The position numbers and the translations under genes were made by a program. DNA of 64,000 nucleotides from Antedon mediterranea. Its lineage: Eukaryota; Animalia; Echinodermata. How positions within the stretch are numbered: the first letter of the stretch is position 1; each line of letters opens with the position of its first letter. The stretch spans positions 3,100,001-3,164,000 of the forward strand of contig NC_092671.1 of assembly GCF_964355755.1 (NCBI RefSeq), given 5' to 3'. The notes under the pieces were generated by a model. The model was not told the origin of the DNA. It saw only the letters and a program-made list of their open reading frames with translations, and searched no databases. Positions 27,601 through 39,300 of this stretch are shown here, one piece after another.

Positions 27601-30600
27601 ATCCAAGCAGTATAATATTGAGACATTAAATTCTTATGATTAAATAAATTTCAAAATATTCATCAAAACATAATGATAAGTAAATGGTGAAATATTGAGA
27701 ATAGAAATGTCAACAAATTAACTTATCAAATGTTATACAGTATTCTAGCGTGACGCAAAACAAGTATTATATTCCCAGGTATATATTCACAATGATGACA
27801 GTATAATTTCTGAAATTGAAACCCAAAATAATGATATGAGGTTGTAAATATTAAACATTTTGAAATCCAATATACAGTTATAAATATTCCAGCATTCGCT
27901 TTAGTACAGGTCCACTGTGCCAGTAAAACCCACCAATAACTAGCCCATTTTGGCCAGTACATTTTTACATACATAAGTATTCAAATTATTGAATTGAATT
28001 TCCTTTATGGACGACCTTTATTATAAAAGTAGTAATTTAATAATTAAAAATAACATTTCTGTCATAACATTGGTTAAAATAATGTCATCCAAATTTAAGT
28101 AATTTGTTAAAATATCGAAACCCAGTTGTACTGGCGTGTTTATCTAGTTCCTTGTATGCATTATACTATCTAGCAACAATGAGTGAGTGTGTTTGTAGAG
28201 ATGTTCTTGTCCGCATAATTGTATGTGCAGCCTCATAGGCTTTTCTGTGTCTTTTCATGGAGTGAAAGTTTGCTTATTTTTATATGAATGCATTATATTT
28301 TCATTTCAAAGATATTCTATTGTATTTTTTTATAAACAAATTAATAAGATAGTGAGATTTGAGGCCAAGCAGATATGGCAGATATCAAAGCCGCAGCACA
28401 CAACCTAAAATTACTATAGTTTGCACTGTGTTAACTCTGTGTTTTTTTCATATGTCTGTTTCTGTCAATTCATTTAAATAAAAATTGTCATTTAAAATTT
28501 TTTTTAATGCTTTCTTGGCACTTTAGCATTGGCTGGACGGTGGGGGTTGTAAGTAAATTTGTTAGTTTGGCGTCTCTCTGAAATGTCTGCTTTGTTTCTT
28601 TAATTTAGATCATGTGATGGCACCGGTCGAAAATGGTCCGACATCAGCTGAAACACTGGCTAGTAAAGAGGTTAGTTTTACAATTTATCTAGTCTGGCAA
28701 TCAATAGTAGTAAGTATACAGTAGAACCATTGAGACTCAACCAAGTGTCCCTTTAATAAGGATTGGCTGTAGTATCAAAACATATATTGACCCTTATTCA
28801 TTTCACAGGAGTGTCCCTTGAATGGGGGTGTCGAAAAGGTGGAGGGCGGTGGGGGGTGGTGTCCAAAAGGTGGAAGGAGGGGGGGGGGGGTGGTGTCCAA
28901 AAGGTGGAAGGAGGAGGGGGGGGGTGGGTGGGTGTCCAAAAGGAGGGGTTTTACTGTAGTTTGTATCTGGAGGGTGCAACTTCTACACGTTTGTGTTTTC
29001 ATGAAGGAACACTAATGTTTAGCCTTGACATTAATTACATGCATGCAACTATAAAAAGATCTATTGGAAAATTTCTCAAAAATGTGAAGCCCCTTTACTA
29101 ACAAAATGGACATCAATAGATTTAAACTGAAACTGGGCAGAAAGATTATACCATTATTCTTTGCACAAATATCAGCATTTTTCAATTTGAAAGACTAGAA
29201 ATGACAAGTTTCAAGAGTGAAGTTCTAATTATTATTAAATGTGTATAATGTAGTACGTATTAAACATTTTTCTCCATTGAATAAAAAAACATTTGTTTTG
29301 TCTTCTAGGTGACTGGTGTTAACCATGAATCGCTAGTTGATTTGAAAGTTAATTTTTACTGTGATTGTTGTAAGCAGCAGTTCTATAAGCGTGCTGATTT
29401 TGATAACCACAAAACAGCAACTGGTCACAATAAGGTATTAAACTTTAAAAGTGTTACTCCTTGTTTTGCGGATAACGAAGTCATATGCACCACACACTGT
29501 ATGCAAAAAAAAACAAACAAATGTGGAATTGCAACAGCTATAGCCAGTGGAGCAGTAGCCTTCAACTATGAAGTTTGCTCCTAAATGGAAGAAGAGATGA
29601 GTCGTTACAAATAATCTAAAACCAGACTTTTCTTGCGGTCCAAATGATCAGCACATCATACCCCACTCTTTTAAAATAATGTAGCCAAAAGTCTTTACTG
29701 TTAAATGTACACAGGACCAACAGATTTATTACCTATCCGAAGAAGGATTGAATTGAGAGTATAAAAGTATCTTGCCTGAGGATGCAAGCAATATTGCACA
29801 GAGAAATCTTGAAAACATGCTTCTCATATTCTAGTGCCTTACCAGTACACCATACCACTTGTGATTCATTGTTAATAACCGTTATTGTTATTGTATTCAT
29901 AGTGTGGGAATGCATCTAAAGTAAGTCAAGTTTGCTGCTTTAAGACGGAAGTTAAAACCAGAAAAGAATTGCGCGAGTTGGAAAAAGAGAAAGCTAAATT
30001 CTTGAGTTCAGGAGGAAGGTGAGTCTATTTGGACAATTCATAATTTTGAATTCTTTTCCCTCAAACCCACTACTATACCTTTTGAAAAAGAAGTTTAAAA
30101 AATTTATATAAAAGTAAATATTTTGTTTTCTTTTTACATTGTTACATACCAAAAAAGATAGAAAAACAATATTTTTTGTTAAGGAGAGAAAACTATTTAA
30201 AATATATAAAACAGAAATATAAAGAACAGTTTGTTTTCTTATTTTTTAGTCTGACTACTTCAAAGATTCCTGTAAAAGAAGTAACTGCACAGAAAAGTAC
30301 ACCAGATACAAACGATGTTGAAAAAACCTCTAAATATCAAGAAGATAAAGAAGTTGATAAAGAAGTTGTTAAACAGGAAAAAGGAAAAGAACTGGCACGT
30401 AAACGTCTAAAAACTTTCCCACAGAATGCAAACACGTCTAGTAAAGGCCAGGGAGATGCTGCTGCACAGAAATCATCACAAATAACGTTTACATTGAAGA
30501 AAACAATGATGAGAATTACACCAACTGAAGACCAGCTGCATACATCATCACCTACAAAAGAAAGCAAGATTAAATCAGTTGTTGTCAAACCACCAGTTGG

Positions 30601-33600
30601 TGATAAAGTACATATTATTCGTAAATCTAAGGAAGAACTGTTAGAGTCTGCTGACAGTGTGAAAACTGTTGGAGGAATTGTGCCAATTGGAACAAAATCA
30701 TGCCAAATTAAGGTGCTGAATGATCCTGTAGAAAAATCTGATAATGAACAGAAAGGTAAAAGTAAGGAGAATCAGCAAGGATCGGGTGAAAGCAACAGTA
30801 AAGACTCTAATGAAAATGCTGCAACTAATTCTGCCACAGCTGCTAATACTTCTGATTGTAACACTAGCAACAACACTGCCACAAATGGTGGTTCTGGCGA
30901 CGGTGAAGAAAATGAGGACAAAGATAAAAAGACTTCTTCTGGTGGAGGCCCAGCTGAGGGAAACATTGAAAATGAAGATGACATAGATGGAAAAGATAAA
31001 AACAGTACTGATGAAGTTAATGATAATGCAGAAAAGGAATGGAAACCCTGTCGTAAGGATGGCTTCCTACAAGTCCTTAACAAAGATGAAAGCACTATCT
31101 TACAATGGCCTCTTGATATGGTGAGCTATACAAAAGTAGAGCCATCTATATGTTACAGCTGCAATCCACTTCACTTTCAATTCAGAAAACCTGGATCAAA
31201 AACTGGTGAAGCGGAAAATAAAACTGAGGACTCTGTTCTTGAAAGTAATAGCCATATAAAAGTGCCGCTGTTGGTTCCAAGGCAGGTTATGACAAAGTCC
31301 AATTCTCAAGACAATAATGTAATAAATGAAGATTCCATAAATGTGGAAACGTCTACAGAAAAGAAACATAAGAAAAAAAAGAGGAAGAAAAAGTCATCAA
31401 GGAAAGGAGGTCAGGATGGTGAAGGAGAAAAAACAAGTTCAAAGCGTAAGAGTAAAAAAAAAGGATCAAGGAAACGAAAGAGGGATAAATCTAAGGATTC
31501 GAAAAGTGGAGATAAAGATTCCTCAAAACCTGGTCATCATTCTGGTGATAATTACAGTGATGAGTATACCGAGGATGAACATTACAGTAAAAGAAGAAGG
31601 TCTAAAAGTTCATCAAAGGATAAAAGTCGTAAAAGACATCGAAGTTTTTCAAGTGATGATAGGAGCTCAGATGATGAGTATAGAGAAAAGAAGTCTAGAA
31701 TGAGCAGTACAAGAAAAGATGATGATTACGAGAATGTCAGTCATCGATCAAGAAGTTCTAGAGATCGTTCTAGAAGATATTCATCAGATTCTGACAGCGA
31801 CCGCTCTAGATCTAGATCGAGACGATCACGTAGGCACAGTCGGAGTCGGTCATACTCGCGTTCATACTCTAGGTCAAGATCGCGTACACGATCACGATCT
31901 CATTCCCGATCACCAAGGAGGTCTTCAAGGGGAAAATCTGGTAACGTAAAAGAATTTAGAGAAGCTCTTAAAGAACAAGCTCGTGCTAATGCGGCAGGAA
32001 AGACAGTACCATTAAAAGAAAAGAAAGGTGGGATCACAGCTGCAGGTATACAGCAACAAATTGCTGCCGGAGGACACACGATTCCAACGACAACTACTAT
32101 CATTAGTGATATGGATAATAAAAAAGACAGTTCTAAACAAACCAATTCAGGAGATGGTAAAAATAAAGTTAATAATAGTAATACTTCAAATTCTGAATCG
32201 CATGACAATAATACAGAAAGTGTCGATGAAAATTTTGAAGATGCAATTCACCCTGAAGGATTATCAGAAGAGGAGATACAACGTCGAAAGGAATCTTTTA
32301 AGAGACCCGGACCACCAGCTCCTAAAGCCAAGAAACCAGTTGCTCACCCTCATAGTGTAGCAGCTGCTCTTTATAATATTCAGAATCCAGAAGAAATATG
32401 CCATGAACAAACAGCAGGAGCATCAACTTCATCTGACGCTGGTCCTTCAGAAGAACAGACGGAAGTAAGTGCTGAGACAGAATCACCGGCAGTCATCCAA
32501 GAAATGATTCCTCCGGAAGACATTGAAAAGTACAGACGTTTGCAAGAACAAGCAAGACTTCATGTACAACAAAAAATGATAGCATCTGGTGAAATTCCAC
32601 CACCACCCCCTCCTGAAGCACATGCATCAATGGAAAGAGAGGCACTATCACCTTCCCAGCAATCTGTACTACTTCAAAACCATCCACATCTAATTAATGG
32701 AGAGGTGTTGCACCAAGCAATTGGTTCGCCTCTCTTAAGTCCAGCTATACCTGGATTTATGCCTGGTCCTCATACACCTTCACCTCCACCATCTTCACAG
32801 CAGCTTTTAACGAGTGGTGTACTACCTGCAGGATTTGCTTCAATTCGTGGTTTACATCCGGGTGGAATGCCATTATCATTATCTGCTGGTGGCTTTCCAT
32901 TAGGAGCAATTCCAACTGGTGCTTTTCATCCAGGAGGGGGGATTCCAGCAGGATTAATGGCAGGAGGGGGGATTCCAGCAGGATTAATGGCAGGAGGGGC
33001 GATTCCAGCAGGATTAATGGCAGGAGGGGCAATGCCAGCAGGATTAATGGCAGGTGGAGCAATGCCAGCAGGAGTAATGGCAGGTGGAGCACTGCCTGCA
33101 GGCGCTATTCCAGCAGGAGCTATCCCGGCAGGAGCTTTTCAAGCAGGAGGCCTCCAAGCAGGGGGTATTCCAGGTGTTTTACCTGCAGGGCTTTATCCAG
33201 CTGGGGCCTTTCCAGCTGGTGCCCTAACTGCTGGTTCTATTCCTAATAGTGCTATTCAACACGGAGGCCATCCTTCAGGAGCGGTACCCTTTGGAGCCTA
33301 TCCAGCAGGCGCTATACCAGCGGGAGCGATTCCACTTGGATTACTTCCTCAAGGAGCTTTACCAGGAACTGTTCATGCTGGTGCAATGCAAAGACCAGGC
33401 ATGCAAAGGTTAGCCCTTCCACCTGGTGCTGTCGTAGTTAGTGGAATGTCTCCTGGAATGCATCTCCCATTAGAAGCAGTAACTGGACCTCGTATTGTGC
33501 AGGCAGGTGCTTTACCAAGAACAGCCCTACAAGCTAATGCTTTACCAAAGGGTATTGTAAAAGCGGGTTCTTTACCAAGAGGAATGATATCAGTTGCGTC

Positions 33601-34153
33601 TTTACCAAGAGGTTCCGTACCCTCAGACACGTTGCCTCGTGGGATAATTAACACCAGTGCCTTGTCTCAAAGACTCATCCCAGCAAGAACTATTCAAACA
33701 GCAGGAGGTCTCCGTCCAGGGACTTTACCTTCCAGAGCTGTTCTAGCTAATGCTTTTCCTCGAGGTATGATACCTGCTGGAGCATTGCCAAGAGGAGTTC
33801 TTCAGGCTGGAGGTTTCCCTCCAGATGCTGTACATCTTGAAGCTCTATCCAGACAAATGAATCCTGGGCAGCAAATACCATTTGGGTCGCAGGTACGCAT
33901 GATAGTTCCTGGTCGACCTGGTTTAGTTGCAGCTTCCCAAGGTAGATTCCCAGGTATGGCACCTCAGGTTGCTTTTAGACATTTACAACCAGGAGTACCT
34001 CGATTCGCAGGTGCTCAACCGCAGTTCGGTGTTCAACAACCAAGGTTTGTTGTACCACAACAGCAAGAAGGCCAAGTACGGATGCCAAACTTAGTCGGTA
34101 AACCCTTCATAAAGACGGCCCCTCCAGCAAAAAAAGATGGTGATAGACAATGA
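9690..34153 (+). CDS. ZNF804/GPATCH8-family zinc-finger protein (matrin/U1-type C2H2, RS domain, Gly/Ala/Pro-rich tail); multi-exon
   Basis: Core exons with compatible phases: 9690-9780 (ATG 9711, MMLKGDLAGDDDAKEVLVEPDRQ; less certain), 28609-28670, 29309-29434 (NFYCDCCKQQFYKRADFDNHKTATGH, cf. family motif NFYCELCDKQY..HQEFDNH...YDH), 29945-30018, 30250-34153. The last exon carries VLNKDESTILQWPLDMVSYTKVEPSICYSCNPLHFQF, the second block conserved in ZNF804/GPATCH8, then K-rich and RS tracts. No G-patch seen. Confidence 0.85.
13228..13368. repeat. Degenerate minisatellite (GCAGTGTGATCATCAT-like)
   Basis: About 8 diverged tandem units. Confidence 0.8.
13736..13989. mobile_element. Tc1/mariner-type MITE, same family as 28719 and 61139
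   Basis: GTAGAACACCCATTAAAGGGACACC...AGGGCTTCTACTG|TA; internal GTGTGCCCTGAAT repeats. Confidence 0.65.
16936..17114. mobile_element. Harbinger-type MITE family A
   Basis: TIR AGCT(C/A)TGTC(T/C)ACACTATCAAAC; TTA TSD on both sides; internal 21-bp repeats CATATTTGGGCATATCACTAC. Confidence 0.85.
17351..17686 (+). mobile_element. 5S rRNA-derived SINE (SINE3-type)
   Basis: 17351-17465 is a diverged metazoan 5S rRNA (TACCACGTTGAAATACCGGTTCTCGTCAGATCACCGAAGTTAAGCAACGT...CTTGGATGGGAGACC..CTGGGAATA..GGGTGCTGTA), followed by a ~200-bp unrelated body and an (AATAA)n tail instead of a T-run terminator. Confidence 0.85.
18897..19032. mobile_element. Harbinger-type MITE family A
   Basis: GCTCTGTTTACACTATCAAA...GTAGTATAGACAGAGCT; TWA flanks. 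Confidence 0.8.
20267..20294 (+). CDS. Candidate 28-nt microexon (ELGWFRSRL)
   Basis: TTTCAG acceptor and GAG|GTAATG donor; open in phase 1 to 2 and joins 27154-27178 in frame. Confidence 0.55.
21166..21437. repeat. 18-bp minisatellite (ATGCTCTGGTATAATCCC) x ~15
   Basis: Near-perfect tandem array; explains the three repetitive ORFs in the track. Confidence 0.97.
22505..28548 (+). CDS. Seven candidate coding microexons of the ZNF804/GPATCH8-like gene
   Basis: AG/GT-bounded segments 22505-22530, 25795-25818, 26032-26061, 26461-26490, 26879-26907, 27154-27178 and 28527-28548; 186 nt in total, stop-free between exon 9690-9780 and exon 28609. Confidence 0.55.
22893..23011. mobile_element. Harbinger-type MITE family A (internally deleted)
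   Basis: AAAAAGTGTGATGTGGCCAAATATGGTAGTGATA...CACATCACATTTTTTGTCACATAA..TTTGATAGTGTAAATAGAGT. Confidence 0.75.
23845..23990 (+). mobile_element. tRNA-derived SINE (tRNA-Gly-like head)
   Basis: A box TAGCTTGGTAG, CTTCCA anticodon-like loop, B box GAGTTCAATCC, then a body shared with 50290-50421 and 6240-6365. Confidence 0.75.
25054..25183. mobile_element. Harbinger-type MITE family A
   Basis: TAA|AGCTCTGTCTACACTATCAAAC...GTTTGATAGTGTGAACAGAGCT|TTA. Confidence 0.85.
25323..25477. mobile_element. Tc1/mariner-type MITE (CAGTCA...TGACTG)
   Basis: TA flanks; same family as 41765-41935 in opposite orientation. Confidence 0.65.
28719..28956. mobile_element. Tc1/mariner-type MITE with expanded G-rich internal repeat
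   Basis: TA|CAGTAGAACC...GGGGTTTTACTG|TA; internal (GGTGTCCAAAAGGTGGAAGGAGGn) repeats. Confidence 0.7.
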
Positions 34154-36306
34154 ATAATTCTTTAAAATAAGACATCACTTGTATGCAAATTATACATTTT
34201 ATTTATAACCAAACATAAAAGATATGTTTGGACAAAAAAGCATATTTTTGGAGCTTACCATGAAAATGGAATACCATGTTCCCATTTCCAATTAAAATGC
34301 CTTTTGCAACTTGAGAACAATTCATTATGGCTTTGTCCAAGTAGCGATCTTTATTGCAGCATTTTTAAATAGATAGGATCTTTGAGACATTTTTAATAAC
34401 TAATGTAATTGTATTAAAAAAACATTTTAAACAGAAATCTTCAGGTGATTTTTACCCTAAACATTCAAGATTTGTGTTTAAAAACGATTAGAACTTTTTC
34501 CATTGCAAATTAGGTAGATATTTATAAAGATTCTGTTTAGATAATAAAAGCAACTTTAAAAGGCTTTTTTAACAAACTGAGAACTCTTTAATATATCTGT
34601 TCTGCAAGAACTATTTGTATAAATTTATTAAGGGTTATAAAATGTAAAGATCATTTTATTTGAATTATGTTAAAAAATGTGATTTTATTGTTATCACTAT
34701 CCCAGACAAGGCATGTCATTTATCAATCAATCAATATCAAACAAGTTAGCGCCTAAGCGAACAGCTTTAAATTGAAGAAAAAGATTAAGCAACTATAAAT
34801 CTAGTAATATTATAATAGTTATTAATTTGATCAAAATCATTGACTTGTGTTTTTCTTAGCAAGATTGTCAATCTAACAACAGGATGCTGAGCTCTGGAGA
34901 TCAAAGGGTTTATCTGTGGCTGCGACATGATCAGTTCCATGTCCCTTAACAGACACAGCTCCCTGTGGAGAATATGTACATAGTACAGTACTGTTTGTAT
35001 TTGTCACAGCCAGACATAAGATCAAAGGACTGTTACGAGTTCGTCCTGTTGTTAGATTGTTAGTCCATCACAGATGTTTTTAATTCAAATTAAAAATTTA
35101 ACAAAAATAGATCTTTATTAACTTCAAATTTTCTATACTGTACAACAAGATCATTCATTTGAATATATAATGTTATATTTAATGAATTTCCGTTCTCGTA
35201 ATATATTTGTTATGATTTATGATAGAATTGATTTAAATGAATTAGTTGAGTTATAGCACTATTATTGCAATATTATGTGTACAGATTCCTGTACTTACAA
35301 ATAGCTGTACATAGATAAGGAGAATGATGATTTTCCTGGGATATTGTTTGTAAACTGTCGCTGTGTTTGATCCCTCATCGAACAAATGTTTTTCTTTCAA
35401 AAGTGAGAAAATAAAAAAATAATAGCGATAAATTTGTGCATGGTTGATTTTTATTTACGGACGTTGTTACACAGAAATATTTTTAAAACATATAATACAG
35501 TACATACAATATTCACTATGGCAAGAAATCAATAAAATATTGAAAAATGAATACAAACAAAATTCATATTGCTGAATGAAACATATTTTAAACAATTTGG
35601 TGAAATTTAAATTACAATGCATACACAATTTAGAGAGTTTCTGAATTTAGAGCACGGTACAATAGCAAGTAAATAAATTTGCTAATACTGTAGTAGCTGT
35701 TTTAAAACGCAGTGGTCAAACAAACAGGACGCCAATGTCCAGTATACGTTCTTTTATTGCAAGGTGGCTTAATACCGCTACTGCTCTTTAACTTCTGTCT
35801 ACGCTTGCGTTTTCTCTCTTGTGATTGTAACCCACTTTTATTAATTCTTTCCTGCATTCAGTAATATCACAGAAATAGATTATAAAAATGTTAAAAAACA
35901 TTTAGTGTGTTTATAAACATAATATACAAGGAATATAAAATTATAAATGAAACCTTTAAATAAATTAATATAAACAAAGGATTCTGCACTTTAAAATAAT
36001 ATAAAATTAAAGAATTACTGCACTAAAATTGAATGTAATTTTGTACATCCTTATTGTAATGCTATTTTGCATCTACAATATTATACTAATTGCACTACAT
36101 ATAATTATCTCCATATATTACTCTATAAGGCAACATCTGTTTTAAAAAACTAAATTATAAATAATTTTTTATACTAATTTAGCTGGACAGACAACACATT
36201 TATTTGTTTAAGAAAAACGTGCTTTATTGCACTAAAAGGCATTTTTGTTGAAACTGCATACATTCTATTAAAACCCTGTTATGTGCTTATCAGCCAAGAT
36301 TTAATG

Positions 36307-39300
36307 TTATTTACTGCACTGCAACTTAAACTTTGACCCTTGTGGTCCGATCAAATAACAAAGTGACTGAAAAAATAATGTTGAAAAAAGCCAGCTAATT
36401 GCCATGACGATCATCAGAAACGTCCCAAGTTGTCTATAGACGAGGACCGTAGCCGCCATCATGAAAGCACCTACTGAGAAAGTGGAGAACGCAGCAAACG
36501 CAATTGCCAACGCCATAGTTTTGATGGAATATCTCATTCTAGATTCACGGTCTGAATTCCGACACAGGAGGTACGCAACTCCGTAGTGGATTGTAAAGTC
36601 CACCGACAATCCAACAGTGATGGAAAATGTGACCGACTCAAGAATGTTTAATTCCCAACCAAGAAGGATGAGGCTTCCTATCGTGGCAAAGATTGTGCCA
36701 GATAGAGAGCAGATAGAATACAAAGCAATAAGCACATTACGCTGTGTGAAAATTAGAACTAAACTCGCAACAGCTATAGAAGTGACGATAGCTATTGGAG
36801 TACTTCTAGCTAGACTATCTTGCAAATCATAGAAATTTAAATAATCGTAGTAATCCGTCTGTCCGACGTAGAACGGCGGAATGAACCAAGGCTCGCCTAA
36901 ATTCTTCGGCACATTAACCAAGTTCTGTTGCATCCACTGTTCCATTTCTTTCCAGAAAGTATCCATAACTGTGTACTCCATTGAAAAATATGATTTGGTA
37001 GAGAACCGAATTTCAAGAACCACAACTTCATCATCCTGGTTTAGGTGTAGACCGTAAGGTTCTGGTAAAATATTAGGAAGGCAACTCTTCAGATTTTCAG
37101 GTGAAAATGGGAACGTTTGATTACAACATAAAGCATTGTCGTCGGATGATTCGCATGGTTGCTCCATGTACGCGATAACAAAATCAATAAAGCAGCCATT
37201 TGTTATATCTAAAGAATCATCTAGATTGAAATCTTCAAGTCTTTGACAAAACTGCTGTAACCATTTTTGAGAGTCTTCTGCCCAGATGTTGAAGCCAGAT
37301 TGGTAACTGACTGTACCAGTGTCATCTGGGTCCCATTTCTTGCCGTTGTCAACGGCTTGAAGTCCAAACAACACAGCACCAGGAAGAGAATAACCTTGCT
37401 CCTCAAATCTGAACAAGTTCTTATAAACTAAGTCATACTGTTCCAATATATCATCAGATTTGAACACTTGGAACTCAGAGCTGGTTGGTTTCTGTAACCC
37501 TGGAGCTACAAAGATAACGATACCTCCAGCAACGGCTAAACCTGTAAACAAAGCAGTCCATATGAAGCGAGGCTTAATGACGGCCTTTGGCAAGAGAGAA
37601 GTGGCGATGTTGTCGAGTAGATCTGGACAGAATTTTGACAAAGAGCAGAAGTTGCATCCAAATTTAGCATTTAAAATTACTGCTGCTGGTAACCATGAAA
37701 TAGTGAGGAGAAAGTTAGCTATGATCGACGTACCAGCGTACACACCAAAGCATCTGATTGCTATAATGGGGCTAAATGCACTAGCATAAAAAGCCGCAGC
37801 AGTTGTTAAACTTGTCACCAGCATTGTCACAGTTGCATGCCTCATTGTCTCTCTTAAAATGATATTTAAAGGTGAACCACTCAGCATTTTACTTGCATCG
37901 TCCCATAGGTCGCAGAAAATAAACGTATCATCAGCACCAATCGCAACAAGAAGTAATGCAGTGGACACATTTAAAAACGGGAAAAAATTTAGATTAAAAA
38001 CAATCGTGTAGAAAAAATAAGCTAATGTAAGAGAGAAAATCATATTAAAAAACGCCGCCAACGCAATGAGCGGTGACCTCGTGTAAAAACAGATAAGAAT
38101 TATGACAAATATTGCTGCTATTCCTAGATAAATAGTATCGAAAAATAAATATTCACTAAACACATCATATTTTATATGAAAATTCAAGCCTACTGCTTGT
38201 ATATTGCTAAATGCACGACTACTTTTGTCAAAGTAATCTTTATATATATTTATCAACTCTTCTTCATCATCGTAAAAGTTTAATTCTATAAATGCCATCG
38301 AATTGTAAAGTTTCTTTTTGTCAAGATCTCCATCTGGCATGAATTCCTTCCCTACCATCATGTGTATAATAATGAAAACTATATTGTCCGATTTGCAAGT
38401 TTCTGGGATGTTATCACAGTAACTGTTGGGATATAAACATGATCTATCTTTGCCTTCCACGTCTGTAGTTGTTTTGTAATAATACGGAGCACAGAATTGC
38501 AGCTCGTTTAAACCATTTTCTATGTCACCTTCATCCAATGAGGAACATGATTTGTTTGCAAACTGCGCAAGGTAGTTTCCGATTGATTTCACTTTGTAGA
38601 TGCCAGATGAACCGGTGATTTCTACTGAGCACAGTTCCTTAAGGTTGCTAGGCGTAAGAAGGTCCTCTCTATCGTTGATGTGGGTGAACACTATCCCAGG
38701 GCAATCTGCATACTCTGTCGTAAAGAGAAGAAAATTCAAGATTTTAACAAAGGTAAAATTATGATTTATATATAAATTACTTGCACATAATAGCAAAGCA
38801 AACTGGCTAAAATGAGAAATATACACATTTATTTAGAAATATTGTAATGAGGCATGTATTATGGTGTCCAGCCTGACTGGTACTACAGTGGTAGAGCTGG
38901 AATAGTATGGAGCTCACTACCTGCTAAAACTGATAGAAAAAAGTTCATACCATGTGTATGAGTTTAAATGAGCGTAATAACCACCTCTGTCATTAAACGT
39001 TACTTCTGACATGTTTATCCCAATGACAGGGAAGAACATTTTGTTCTAGTCCAGTATTTATGTGTATTGATTATTTATCAATATTAGAGCATACTGTGTT
39101 TACAATTTGTCAATTTACATTAAAACAATGTAACATATGATTTTGTATTGCCATAAAATAATTTCATAGATACATAATGAAAAGCTCTAGTGTGATGGGC
39201 CCGATATGGTGGTGATATGTCGTCATGTCCATATATAGGCACATCACATTTTTTTGTCACATTAAGTGTGATAGTGTAGACAGAGCTGTATGATACTGAA

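Noticed and set aside
28763-29101. Gly-rich and Pro-rich ORFs
   Set aside because: Translations of the G-rich MITE interior
30176-30249. N-terminus of the 1325-aa ORF as given in the track
   Set aside because: Intronic; the exon begins at 30250 after TTTTTTAG, in phase with 29945-30018
38715-38826. Signal-peptide-like start of the 839-aa ORF
   Set aside because: Intron and polypyrimidine tract; upstream exons supply TM1 and the GFEPRGT motif
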